From: Lama guanicoe
Taxonomy: Eukaryota
Reading direction: 5' to 3'
Length of the DNA: 64,000 bases
Assembly (NCBI GenBank): GCA_013239625.1
Contig: MU053873.1
Span: forward strand, 1,812,524-1,876,523
The translations under genes and the position numbers were made by a program. The notes beneath the pieces were generated by a model. It did no database searches. It had not been told where the DNA came from and saw nothing but the letters and a program-made list of their open reading frames with translations. Within the stretch, counting starts at the first letter, position 1; every line of letters starts with the position of its first letter. Positions 13,589-25,880 of the stretch are shown one piece after another.

Positions 13589-16500
13589 GTAAGACTTCTC
13601 GTTCTGTGGAAATTCTCTAATTTCCCCCTTTCTAAAACTGAGTATGTGCTTAATAAGTATAGACTTACGATGGGGAAGAGTGTTACTGAAAGCCTTTTCT
13701 TCATCTCTCTATCCTCCTCAAAACCCAGTTTCTTAGGCACTAACATCCTTTTATTCCGACTTCTCTTCTGTTGAGCATCTTTCCTGAAAGTAGACTAGAG
13801 CTTTCTTGATCTTGAATTTGTCACCTGTAAAATGTCCAGTGGTTTTGTTTTCTTTTCCATGTGTTAGTTCTCTGTGGTGGTACCTGGTTCACGGTCATTT
13901 TGGGCATTGACTTCATCAGGCCAAGTTGCCTTTCTCATTCTGTTACATTAGTGTTAGCGCAGTAAGTCCTAGTTGCCTCTCCTGTAGACAAGATGAAGCT
14001 AGTGATATTGTCACTGATTCCAGAAATTCCTCCTCCCCCCCAATAGCTAGCAGTGACTCCGTATTTCTTCACAAGCTTTAGACAGAAATTCAAGTGATCC
14101 CTGGATTGGAGGCCTGCATGCCGTGTCTCAGTTAAGCCCACCCTCCTCCACCGGTGAGCTAGCCCTGCCACTTGCAAGTGCCCCCTTTCTCCCAGGGTGG
14201 GTTCTTCCCCAACCTCCTCTTGCATGTGTCTGGTTTTGCTTTTGCTCTGGGCCCCGCTTCTTTTCAATTGAAAGTAAGGCCCCACGGGGGAAATGAACCC
14301 ACGGAGTGTCCAGGACAGGCTCGTGGTTTCCATGCAGTCATTCAGAGTCCTGCCAGCAGTCCCAGTTCGGGAAGCCCCACAGGTGGGTGTGTTTGACGAA
14401 CGCCTGTGCATGAGGCGGGAGCTCCATTTAATCACAGGAGAATGGCAGCAAATCAGGTTCTTTGGCACAGAAGGAAATCTATTTGTCTGGCACATGGCAT
14501 TGTAAAGAATCTGTGTTTAAAATTGCTTACTTTTGGTGATTACAGCAGATCTGTTTCTAATTAGCTTTATACAAACCTTCTGAGAAGACCAGGACGTATT
14601 TTCTTTATAAGGCAATAAAATGTTTTACCTTTATCTTATACATAAAGCAAACTTTAGGCATCCTCCAACTTATGAATGGATTTTGTTCCAAGAGTTTTAA
14701 GTTCATTTTTTGAAATTTGGAACATCTTTTCCCATAGTGACAACATTATAAATTGCAGTTTGGTTTGCAGGCCAGCCAGTGGAAGCCTCTCTGACCTCAG
14801 TCGCTCATCCCAGTAGCACGGCTCTGATTTCTGCATCTTGGGAGTGGGTGACAGAATGGCAAGCATCGGAGACCCTCCTTTGCACCCTTACTTTTAGGCT
14901 GGCCCCAGGCAAAATACTTACACAGGCAAGAGTGAGACATGGGTACTTCTTCTCCGTGCCTCTTTCCCACTTTTGTCTTCCCTTTCTCAAGAGTCAGATG
15001 CCTTTCTCTAGGAAGCACCCTCACCACCGCCCGATTTAGCTCCTTTCCTGCATGGCCTCGTTCCGCTCTGTCCAGATGCCCCAGGCTCCAGAGACAGCTG
15101 CCAGCTCTGCCTCCAGCCCCTCCGAGCAGCCAGTGTCAGCTGAACATTAAAAAGGAAGCAGCAGATCACACACGCACCCTAAGTTTATGGTATGGCCTTG
15201 GCATCTCCTAAAAGGATTTGCCAACACCAGGATAAAACAGAGAATGCACTTACCTTGTACTGGTTTGAACTCTCAGGAGGGAGACTTTCTCTTTGTTTTG
15301 ATTTCTACGCTGAAGGACCATCCATAGCATGAGGGAGAGTGGTCACAGTTGACAGATGATGAGTGCAGCCCTCCCTGGTTTGGGCTCTAACCCTAACCCT
15401 ACCTGTCTCTGGACCCTTGGACAGAACGTGTCTGAGGCTTCCTCTTCCCCCAGGGGAGTGCTTGCTTCCCTCACAAATTCTCAGTCTCAAAGCACCTGAA
15501 CATTGTGTCAGCAGGAGAGCCTTGATGAGGAGATGGTGACTCTGGCTCCCACCTAGGGTAGCGGGCCTGCAGGCTTAGCTGCTTCTCCCTGCAAGTCTAT
15601 TACTTGTGAGTTGGGAACTGCACTTGAAAAGAAGGTGTAAGATAGACAATTGCACAGAAGCCCAGCTTATTAGAAAGCATAACTATTGTACCCTCATGGT
15701 TTAAACTGACGAATTCCCTCATGAAGTTGGCAGAAATCTGTCATGGTTCAGGGTTGGGAGCACATGGCGTTTCTTTGTTAAATATTTCAAAAATACTTCG
15801 GGACAAATTTTAGGGCTAAGTTACTTTGCTCTAGGTCACTGGGGAGTACTTTGTTCCACATCACGTTGCTGCTGCTCTGAGTCCTAACAGTCGGTTTGTG
15901 AGCATCTTCAGAATCCAGGCAGCATGGTGCCTGCAGGCCAGAATGCCTCCCCAGAAAGCACCTGCCTCCTGAAGAGGCTTAACATTCCGAAGTCCTCTTC
16001 ACCACGGAAAGATTTCCCTTTTTTTCTGGAGGTCCTGTTTTCCTGACACTTGATAATAGAATTTGATGCACTGTAATTCTCTTTTTAATTTGCACATATT
16101 TTAAGAACTGAATCTCTTTCAAATGGGTTTTGGCCCTGGAGAGGACAGCATCTCATCTCGAGGGGTTAGGCACGAGAGGAATGCCTGTAATCCTGCAGAG
16201 AAATACTGGGGTTAGGCCCGGCCACTGAAGGGATACTCAGGGCAAACACTATGCCTGTCTGTTCTCAACTGGCACTCCTGTGGGGGGTAGGGAAGAAGGG
16301 TTGAGCTTCAGAAATGTGTTTACCGCATTTGTTCCTTTTCTGTCCATTCTTTTCTTGGTTTTCTCATGGAGTTTTCTTAGTTATCTATAGGCTGCTATGA
16401 GTGCCTGTCCTTCTGGTGCATCCCGTGTCCATGCACTGCCCCTGCGCTCGCTTGTTCTTCCTTTTGTCCTCCCCCTTTTTAACAAACTTCCCATAAAGAA

Positions 16501-16640
16501 GTCCTCTGAGGGGCGCTGGTCTCTGAAACCACCGGGGTGGCCACATTTCTCACATCGTGGTGAGCAGTTCACTTTCCCTTGGCTGTCCTCAATAATTTCA
16601 CTCACCAGTCTCCAGGCTTTTGTTTCCTAGATTCAAGAAT

Positions 16641-16643
<3 letters not shown>

Positions 16644-16697
<54 letters not shown>
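16644..16697. repeat. (GT)27+ microsatellite running into an assembly gap
   Basis: Direct reading. Confidence 0.98.
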
Positions 16698-16723
16698 NNN
16701 NNNNNNNNNNNNNNNNNNNNNNN
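16698..16723. other. Assembly gap (26 N)
   Basis: Run of n. Confidence 1.
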
Positions 16724-16937
16724 TCCACGTACGTACTATGTAAGAAAAGCCTTTCGCAAGATTTTCTTGAGATCAGGATAACCAGAAAGCCCTCAGACCT
16801 TCATTTCTGATGTGGATGTGGTTGTAAACAGGCAGCAGTCACTTCACAATCTCTTCTGGATCTTTTTTCTCCCCTTGCTTACTAACCCAATTTAGAGTCT
16901 GTGATTTCAGCAGCTCATGATTTTATTTTACGTTTAG

Positions 16938-16985
16938 ATGCGTAAGAAGGGTTCCGTCCGAGGCACGTCGGCTGCTGATGTCTAG
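16938..16985 (+). CDS. PITPNB: PITPNB canonical C-terminal coding segment (exon 16938-17023, the last 38 nt are UTR)
   Basis: Translates MRKKGSVRGTSAADV*. Acceptor gtttag, donor tgt|GTAAGT after 17023. Confidence 0.95.
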   Translation: MRKKGSVRGTSAADV

Positions 16986-18227
16986 ATGAGTCCCCTGTAG
17001 GGTCAGAGACAATATCAAACTGTGTAAGTGAAGACCTGGGTAAAAAGAATGTTTAAAAACCAATACCTTTTTGGTAATGGGTAGTTAACTTGCTGAGTGG
17101 AGGCTAAGTGTTAAATGTAGCTTAATTTTTAGAATTTAAGAGATGTGTGTTTCAGACATTGACTGTGAGCAAACACTGAGTTATTACTCTGTAAGAATTT
17201 TATCCATGGAACAGGTTGAATTTAGGAACCCCAAGTTAGTTCTTAGTGTTACGGGTTAGGAGCCAGCTGCCAAGTGTACTTAACTCATCAGGCAGCTCTG
17301 TCCTGGAAATCAGCTGATTTTTCATCAATAGCCAGTTAATTGACCTATTATCTCAGTGGCCCATTTGTGGTTAGTAAGGAAATATGTAAAAGCATTTTAA
17401 ATCAAAGATCCATCGTTCCATGCCGTAAGGGCCAATTTCAGTTCATTTTAGTTTAATTTTTTCCCTGAACACCAGAAAGTCTTCCTTCGTGTTGACTCTT
17501 CAGTTATCTTTACAGTTGGCTTTAATATGTGTAAATACACTTTGGTTTTCATTTACAGTGTAAAACATTTCTATGGTCTGTTTCCTTCACACAAATTTTT
17601 ATGCCCAGATAAAAGGTTTTCCTAGAGGGGGAAAAAAGAAGCCTCAGAATCTACCCCACATTTTGAAACCAGGATGAGTAAACAGAAATTGGCAGTACGC
17701 TGTCATCATTTGTTAATACTGAACTACGATACTTACTGAGGAAAATGACAAGACAGCACGCTTCTCACCCCACTCTGGTTCTTTGCTGCCCCTTTACATG
17801 TGCTACTTGCTCTTTAATTATGGAACAAGGGAGGAAAGAAATTTCAGAGTTGGAGAGAAGTAGTACCGAGTAAGAATGAATGAACTCTGCCAGGACTCCT
17901 CCAAAGCCATCTTTTTAAAATTCAGTGTTCATTTAAAATTTCTCAAAAAATTTGTTACTACTTTTGTTAAGTTCTTATAAGTTTCTGGGATCTTTTTCCA
18001 CTTCTAAGTTATTTTCCCTCTGACAGAATAAAGTATTATGCCCTAAGACCAAAATCTTCAAAAGATTAAATGTTAAAAATGCAGTAGTTGGGGTGCATTG
18101 TCTGCCAGAAGTTTTGCTGCGTTGAGGATTTTTTTTTCTGGAGAATGTTTGCGACAAGCTGCGATCTCACACTTTCTGTGTCTCTCTGTGTTTTAACATA
18201 TTGCCCTGTCTCTCACTTTTCTTACAG

Positions 18228-18278
18228 TTACGTAATCAAGGTCAAGTGAGGGGAACAAGTGCAGCCAGTGATGAGTGA
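18228..18278 (+). CDS. PITPNB: PITPNB alternative C-terminus at the start of the last exon (used when exon 16938-17023 is skipped)
   Basis: Translates LRNQGQVRGTSAASDE* in phase 0 after a strong pyrimidine tract and CAG acceptor. Matches the known second PITP-beta splice variant. Confidence 0.92.
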   Translation, partial: LRNQGQVRGTSAASDE

Positions 18279-20225
18279 AGAAGAATCTGACCATGTCTCG
18301 CAATGTGGACATTTCCCACACGTGTGCCTGTGGTTATGTGCTCACAGGCACGGGTCCCCACGTGTGTATATATGTCTGTGTGTGTGTGTCTGTGGCTGTA
18401 TATAAAACGCATGTAGAGCTGCAGATCACAGGACACACACTTGTGTATATATGTACATACAGACATACTGAAGGGATTCGTACAATTTCTCCAAAGTACT
18501 GTACCTATCTTCAGCAAGAATGCAAAAGAAAATATTTTCAATATATATACCTGGAACAGATTTTAATAATTATCAGAGTAATACCATTAATGGATGAATT
18601 GACTGCAATGTAATACTAGCTGGTATGTTTCATCAATGGCAAGTTGTGGACCAAGATATATATATATAGCCTTTTATTACTTTTTTGTTCTTTTAAATTA
18701 GTCTCTTAAAATTTTTAATTTTAGTCTCATAATCCACCAAACTCCCACAGAAAAATTTATTAAAAATCTTTTGGTATTCCAAGAAATCTGGATTGTAACT
18801 CTGAATGTATTTATAATCATTTATTTCTGGATTTTCATTATCATATAGCCAAATTGGACAATATCTATTAGTAAGGAGAAGAGTTACAGGCCAGTTTTTA
18901 CTTGTTTGCCCCAAGGAAAAGATGCTTTTAAAAAAAAATTCCGTTTTTTATTGGATTTTTGTATTTTAAATTTCAAGTATTTTTCTACATCAAACCTGGC
19001 GGAAAATGGAAATGACAGTCTATCATTTATAACAAACACTGTACAATTTTCAGGCTTCTGTTAGGCAAACAAAGAAATTGATGAAGAAATTAATAGCATG
19101 GTAGGCTGTTTAGAAAAATTGAAAGTACAGCATTCCCATGGAGTCTGGTTTCTGAAATGACTGTTTTCTGAAACTACAGCTTGGAAACTATGCAAATGAT
19201 CTCTATTCCTCTACAGCTCACACAGCAGAATATAGACAGTGATGACGTTTTGTTCTTTTCATGTTAAAATGTACTTTAAGGGGGAGACGCTGCCTTTGAG
19301 ATAGAAGCCTTTCAGAGGCTGCACAGGGCTCGTCTGCACACGGTTAGGAGGCCCTGCCAGGGGCCAGCACACCTCCACCCAGCGGAGTGTGCTCTCAGGT
19401 GGGACGTCATTGGAACACATCCTGAATAAGCGCGGTGAAAATGCTGGTTAGATGCCGCTGCCTCATTTTCTTTTTTTAACTTTTTTTTTTTTTTTTAAGA
19501 AAGGAACAATAGCTAGGTAAGATTTTTATCAGCTTTCTCTGTCCAGATCCAGTTTTTCTCCTGTCAGTCCTGGAAGCTTGAATAGAATGATACTGTTGAA
19601 GCCTTCAGGTCACAAACTGTCTCCTTTCACCTCCCGCCCCTCCTACAGCACGCCAGCCCCTGTGGTCACATCACATTAGTAATCTGATTTGCTGACAGTC
19701 CTGCCCTCCCTGCCCCTTGTTTGCCCACGTGTCCTGTGTCCCCCTGAAGCGATGGCGGTGACTTAGACAAAGCTGTTGAGGATCACCGCCGCACTGCCAT
19801 CCCGTTTCCTCAGCTGCAGACCCCGAATTGCTCATGTACGTCCTCCATGTGCTCAGGATCAAGGCTGATGTTTACTCTCGGGACACTGTTGTAAGATAGG
19901 TGTGGTGAAAGCACGGTCACTGTCTGCAAAGTAGTTGACACGAGGAAGATTATTGCTAATTTTGTGACATAAAGAGTCTGGCCCTCTCCGCTTAATGGAC
20001 CTAACTCTCGCTGGCGTCTGTAGCATCGTTGGGAGCCTGTGCACACATGGAATTGAGAGCCTGGCGCATGCGTTTTAATGTTTTTCTAACAACTGTGGAG
20101 ATTTGAGGGAATGTGTGGTGAATGTAAAATATCTAGTTTACTTGGCAGTCTCTTGTGTAAATTACAGTAAAACAAAGTAAATGAAATTTAAACAAAAAAT
20201 AAATTTGATCACAAAATGCCACTTG
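18279..20225 (+). other. PITPNB: PITPNB 3' UTR (last exon)
   Basis: Follows the stop codon, has no obvious interspersed repeat, and ends at an AATAAA with downstream GU-rich sequence. Confidence 0.8.
20198..20203 (+). terminator. PITPNB: Polyadenylation signal of PITPNB
   Basis: AATAAA preceded by TGTA motifs and followed about 20-45 nt later by GU-rich cttgtgtgcttaagtggttgtttc. Confidence 0.75.
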
Positions 20226-22497
20226 TGTGCTTAAGTGGTTGTTTCCCTGATGCCACGTCTGGTTCAGAACAGCGGCCCACTTCTCTGCTGGTTTTTTCGG
20301 GAATTCTCTAATTTGCAGCACTACCACTTTGGGGAAAATTTTTTTAATGTTTTTTTATTTGTGATTGCAGGCTCCTGTGCTTGAGGTGTTCCTGTGCCAC
20401 ATTAAGTTGTTATGTTTGATTTCTTAAGTAATTTTGTCTTTAAAATAAGCTGAGCTGTAAAGAAGGATTGTATATTCGTCCCAGAGGATTTTTAAAAATT
20501 ATTTTTAAAGGGGGAAAAAATACGGAAAACCTATAGTATTTTTAAAAGCACTCAGTAAAGGACTTTGCCATTAGATCCTGATGATTTCAAGATTGTGGCT
20601 TTTTGGTTTGGGGCCATGTTTTACCTCTCTCCTTTTAGGAATTTGTCACTTCCAGTCTTCTGGTTTTGGGCGTGTAACTATTTTCTCGTGCTGCCAACTT
20701 AAATTCTACAGTGGCTCAACCTTCAGAGAGGTTGCCAACTCTCTGAATAGATTTAATATAATGTTATACTTCCGGGGTCTTCTTTATTTTCTGAAGTGAT
20801 TTTCTTAGTGTTCTATTTATTCAGAGGTAATGTTTGTGCTCACGTGGGCAGTCTGTCACTCATGCGTCCAGCAGTGTGGGCACTTACATGCCCAGCAACC
20901 TGGTCTCCTGGAGGTGCCAAAGGAGTGCAGAGTCCAGTGTGGGAGATAGACATGTGAACAGACAGACTACAGTTCAGTCTGATAGGTAGTCATTTAACAG
21001 TAGAGAGAGATCTTAGACGTCACCCACATCATACAGGTGAGAAAGCAGAAGTCCAGGCCAAAGGCAGCTGGGCGGGGCAGCAGGGGTCCTCCGAGCCCAG
21101 GGTGCCAGAAACACTGCGGCCTGGTCAGATGCACCCCTCTAGGCCCCTCAAGACAGTTGTTTTGTCCATCTCCTCTCAGCAGCCAAGTTGACAAGGAGTT
21201 AGCATAGAATTCCCTTTCTTGACCATTTGGAAGGAGAATGTTCTGACTATTCTCAGACCCTTAGACTTGATACCATTGAGAGCCACTGAATGTTAGGAGG
21301 CAGAGTTCGGTGGGTCCAAAATCAGTTTTTCAGGTTCCTGCGCTGTCAGTTTCAGAGTTTGGGACTTCACGTGATTGGAGGGAGGTAGGGAAGGTGCTAG
21401 GGAGCAGGTTAAAAATTGTCCCGTTGAGCCTGGAGCATCTACAGGGTGTGCTTGCTAGGAACCCTGCCAACGTCACTTGGGGTTATATTTTGACTTGGAA
21501 ATACTAAGCAACAACGGTCCCTTCAAAACCAGGTTCAATTTGGGAAAGAAAATTTTGAGTGTTCTGTTATGCTGGAGCTACTGGTTCGGGAAAAAAAGAA
21601 ATCACACGTAAACCAGAGGTTCTCAACCTTGGCTGCACCTTAGAATCACAGGGGAAGCCTTTAAAAATACTGATTGCCCACCGGTCGCTCTTCTATGCTT
21701 GGGTTCAGTGTGTCGTTTTCAAAGGACAGGGAAAGAGCTTAGAGAATTACCACTGACTTCTGGAAGATGATTGAGATGACTGCCTTCTCTCCGAGTAATC
21801 AGACTCCTACCTGTTCTTCAGAGCCCCGTGCCACTCTCCATGTAGCCTTCCTTACCCTAGAGTGACCTGTAGCAGTCCATACCCCTCACTTGGCTCTCAA
21901 AGACTCCGCCACTTTGGTTAATATATATTGCCAACTGTTACACTTCTGTTTGTTTTTTCATCCCAAGTTAGCTCAGAAACACCTCATGGGCAGGAGCCAC
22001 GCAGTGGTACCCAGAGTCACCTCCCCCGGTGGAAACTTTGACTCTGAAACTGATCCTTTTACCCACAACAGATTCCTGCCTATACTGGGCAAGATCCCCT
22101 TTGAGTCCTGGGGTTAGAGGGGAAGGGAGTTCGACCAAAAATCAGTAAGATCGAGTTTCTGCCCTTAGAGAATTAAACCCTGACAAGCAGCTGCAACAGG
22201 CAGTAGTAATTCTGAAGCTCATGGTAAAAAGTACGTCGAGAGGACAGACGAGGGAGCTCCAGGTCCACGTTTCCTCCTCGCCTCCCAGACGTTAAACCGG
22301 AGCTTTGCTATCCTCCAAACTGAAGAAGCCAAACTCCAAGTCTTTTCCTCCTTCCTGTCAGTTAACTGCATCACTGGCTGTGCTCCCAAATGAAGGTCGC
22401 TGAGTCTTAGAAGTGCCCCCAAATGTTAGTGGAATCCTGCCCCTCTTGAATGTCCTGGCCCGTTCGGTGCCCTGGTGAGCCGTCCTCTCATCTAGGG

Positions 22498-22684
22498 CAG
22501 GGGTCTGCTAACCCAGTAAGTATTTTAGGCTTTATAGGCCACATGGTCTCTCACAGCTATTAAACTCTGCCCTTGCAATGCAAAAACGGCCATAGACAAA
22601 ATGTAAAAGAAAAAAAAATCTGTTTCGATAAAACTTTATTTACACCCAGATTTGGCTGGCGAGGCCATAGTTTGCCAAGCCCTA
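22498..22684 (+). mobile_element. MER58A-like hAT-Charlie non-autonomous DNA transposon
   Basis: tattttaggcttt..ggccacatggtctc...aaaactttatttaca...ggccatagtttgcc. Similar to the copy at 23836. Confidence 0.75.
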
Positions 22685-23835
22685 GTCTAGAACGTGGATA
22701 ACTTTGATCAGGCTCTGTCAGAGGTACTTTCTAGAACACCCTTGATGGTGCTGCACCCCTCCTTAAACACCAGCATGGCTCCCTGAGGCCCAAAGACCAG
22801 TGCAGCCAAGGCCAGTGACCAGGCAGATAAGAGCCCGATTCTCCCGCTTGGAGCCAGTGATGCTCGTCCACCTCATGGCTGTTGGGAGGGTCAGGCACTG
22901 GTTAAACGGCCTAAGCTGATCTCTCTGCTGCCCAGCATGGATGTTGTCCACGGAAAGGCTCTAAGAATAGAAGACGGTCGCTGTTTGCCATCTGATTTCC
23001 AACCAATACCGATGGATGGGAAGTTGAAGGGTGGAGCTGTGATGTGCTAACAAGAGCTGTTGTTGCATGGAATACAATGAAGATCATGCTAGTTAGCTAA
23101 ACTCAGCTTGATTGGCGTATTTTCGCCATATGTCTGTTGTCCAGAAAATACCATCTATGGCTGTTAAATGAAAATGCTATTCTCATGGAAAAGCTCAGAG
23201 GTGCCCTATACATTTCCCACGGTTGAAATTTGGCTCCCTAGGTACCATTGCTAACATGTCAGCCCAAGCTTGGCTCCGTGACCAGGCACGGAAAGGCCAG
23301 GCCGTTGCCTAGAAAAGCAGCCTGGAGTTTCCCTGAGTCAGTGACACTCAGCCCTGGGTCGAATCTGTTTACTCCTTGGATTTCTGAGAAGCAGTAAAGC
23401 ACCGTGACGTGCCTCCGCCTCATGGATCCCTTATGTATTCTGACACCACCTGCTAATCAGTCGATAGCAGAATTACCTTGCACTGCAGACTGAGGGAGCT
23501 TCATGAAGTGGAACGGAGGAGTGGCTTACAGTGTTTATTAATGTGTGTGCTAAACAAAAGCCTTGCCTCTGGGCATCCTGCTGCACGCTGCCTCCCTGCA
23601 GCCTGGAATACTGATGGCGTGTTCTCCCAGAGCTGCCTCCACGGCCCCATGGCCCGGGAAGCCCCGGAACAGCTCAGCCGGCCAAGAAGTGCTGTGAGTG
23701 CTTCCCATCCACGGCGTTCTGTAGCCCTCACTCCAAAAATGTCATTCCCAGAGAGGCATTGTTTAGGGTGAGACTTCTCCCAAGTAAGGCGGAGGGAGGA
23801 TCAGGCACAGAGCAGCCGTTCTTTTCAGATCCGGG

Positions 23836-24054
23836 CGGGGTGCAAACTTTGTCTAAAAAGGGCCAGATAGTAAATATTTTTGGGCTTTGTGGGCCATACA
23901 GTTTCTGTTGCTACTGAACTCTGCCTTTGTAGTGTGAAAGCAGCCTCAGACATTATGTAAATGAATGGGTGTGGTTGTGTTCCATTAACACTTTATTTAC
24001 ACAAACTGGTGGTGGGCTGGATTTGGCCCAAGGGCCCTAGTTTGCCATTCCCTA
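23836..24054 (+). mobile_element. MER58A-like hAT-Charlie element
   Basis: gcaaacttt..taaaaagggccagatagtaaatattttt...gggctggatttggccc...tagtttgcc. Confidence 0.85.
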
Positions 24055-24089
24055 CCTTAGATTCTTCGCCAGCAAAACAGCCATCACTT

Positions 24090-24280
24090 AATAGTTTGTG
24101 TCAGGCATTGTTCTAAGCACAATAGATACAGGGTCTTTAATCTTCACAATCACGCTATCATCACCCCCTTTTACAGATGAGGAAACTGAGGCCCAGAGAA
24201 GTGTAACTTTGCTGGGTATTATTACGGAAAGTGGTGAAGCCAGGGTTATAATCCAGGGGCCACTTGGAAGTTGCTCGTAA
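24090..24280 (-). mobile_element. MIR SINE
   Basis: tttaatcttcacaa...ttttacagatgaggaaactgaggcccagagaag. Confidence 0.8.
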
Positions 24281-25769
24281 CCACTGCCCATCATCCCCAT
24301 CTCCCTGTGCAAAGTTCCACGCTTGCCACATTTACTAAGGGTCGACATAACGAGCAGTCATAATGATAAAAATTCTGCTGAGGACACTCCGTGTTCTTAA
24401 ACACCACTTAGGAGCAAAATTCCATGACTGATTCTTCCTAGAGCTCAGAGCCAAGAAAGCATTTCTTCCTAAACAGTGATGAATTTCCCCCTCTATCTCT
24501 GTCAGGAAACTCCCACGTTGCATTTTATGTCCAACTGAGGCAAGCTCTTTAGGCAGCCATCCTGGCATCCGCCTCCACCCGCCCAGTCCCTCGTCTCATC
24601 CCTCATACTCGAAGTCTGTGACAGTGCTATGAAATTTGAGGGTTTGTGGTTCTCCTGTGTCCATGCCTCCTGCATAAGTCCCCTCAAACTCCTTGGAGGG
24701 GGAAGGTTTAGTGGTGATTCTGAAATGTACATAGGAAGATGTCTGTTCCGTCGAGGTGAGAAATCAGAAGACCTGCACTCTTCAGCAGCCTGAGCATCCG
24801 GAGGGGAGCCCCCGGGGCTGCTGTTAGCGTGGCTGGCACGTGGGTAGTTTTCTCCCCCTAGAACTGTCCCCGTTGTTTCACTTTACAAGGGAATCTTTTT
24901 TGAAACTATTTCTGTAACGCAGGGGACCTTGGGAACACCTCCCCGTATGCGAATGCCCAGCCGTGCCTTCTACACTGGGGATGAGAATTTTCAGTTCGGC
25001 ATCTGGTGGCCCATGAGCTCACTCCTCTTCCTAGGCGCGGGCCAGAAAACCGTCGGGGGAGGCGGGTGTTTCAGGATTCCTCCCAGCCCCTTCCAACTCT
25101 ACAGGCTCAGATTTTCCACTTGTGCGATTGAGGTCAGCGCCTGGATTCCGGCTGGCAAGCTCCCCACACAGGCGAGCGCCAGGCCTCAAGCAGGGGCTTC
25201 TCCCACTTGCTCTGGAATTCACCACCCCCCCTTGTCCGTCCTCTCCATCCTGCCCGCCACTCAGGATCCTGGGATGGGAAGGCTTCATCGGAGACTGGGG
25301 ACAGCCTGGTCCAGCCCTGGCTCAGGGCCACCAGGCTGAAATGCAGCCCCTACGTTTGCTCAGGCCTGAGAGTGAGTACAGAAGCGTCGTCTGGCGAGGT
25401 GAGGAACAGTGGGATCACTGTTGCTTGCGAAGAGCTCCACTCCCTTCCTTGTCAGCCCACCAGAGAATGTGGAGGTTGGCAACTGTGACCACTGCCACCG
25501 GATTTACTAATGGTCACTGCCGCTGTCTCTCCCGGAGAGGCTGCACACGGGGGCTTTGGCATCCGCCGCCTGCATTCCAACCTGCCACGTCCACTTACTG
25601 AGCAACCGGCCATCAAGTAAGTCTCAGCCCCTCTGAGCCTCGCCATCCTGCCAGTGAAGGTTGGGGTAATAACAACATGGAATGTGGCCACGAGACAAGA
25701 AATGTATAAGTAATGTGTGAAAATCTCCCCAGCAGTGGATTTGCCCCTGGGTTGGTCTACCCATCAGCT

Positions 25770-25880
25770 TGAGTGACCAGCCATCCTGGTTCGCCCAGGA
25801 TGGAGGGGTTTCCTGGGAGGCGGAACGTTGGGTACTAAAACCAAGACAGTCCTTCACAAACAAGAACAGTTGGAACCCTT
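25770..25880. mobile_element. MER81/MER94-like hAT-Blackjack element
   Basis: gtgaccagccatcctggttcgcccagga...ctaaaaccaagacagtcc...cagttggaaccct, similar to the 28018-28127 element. Confidence 0.6.

Noticed and set aside
13078..13774. ORF-track entries of 146 aa and 78 aa overlapping the exon
   Set aside because: The 146-aa ORF is out of frame with PITPNB. The 78-aa ORF is only the exon's end reading into the intron.
13935..14495. 186-aa antisense ORF in a PITPNB intron
   Set aside because: No recognisable homology or gene signals.
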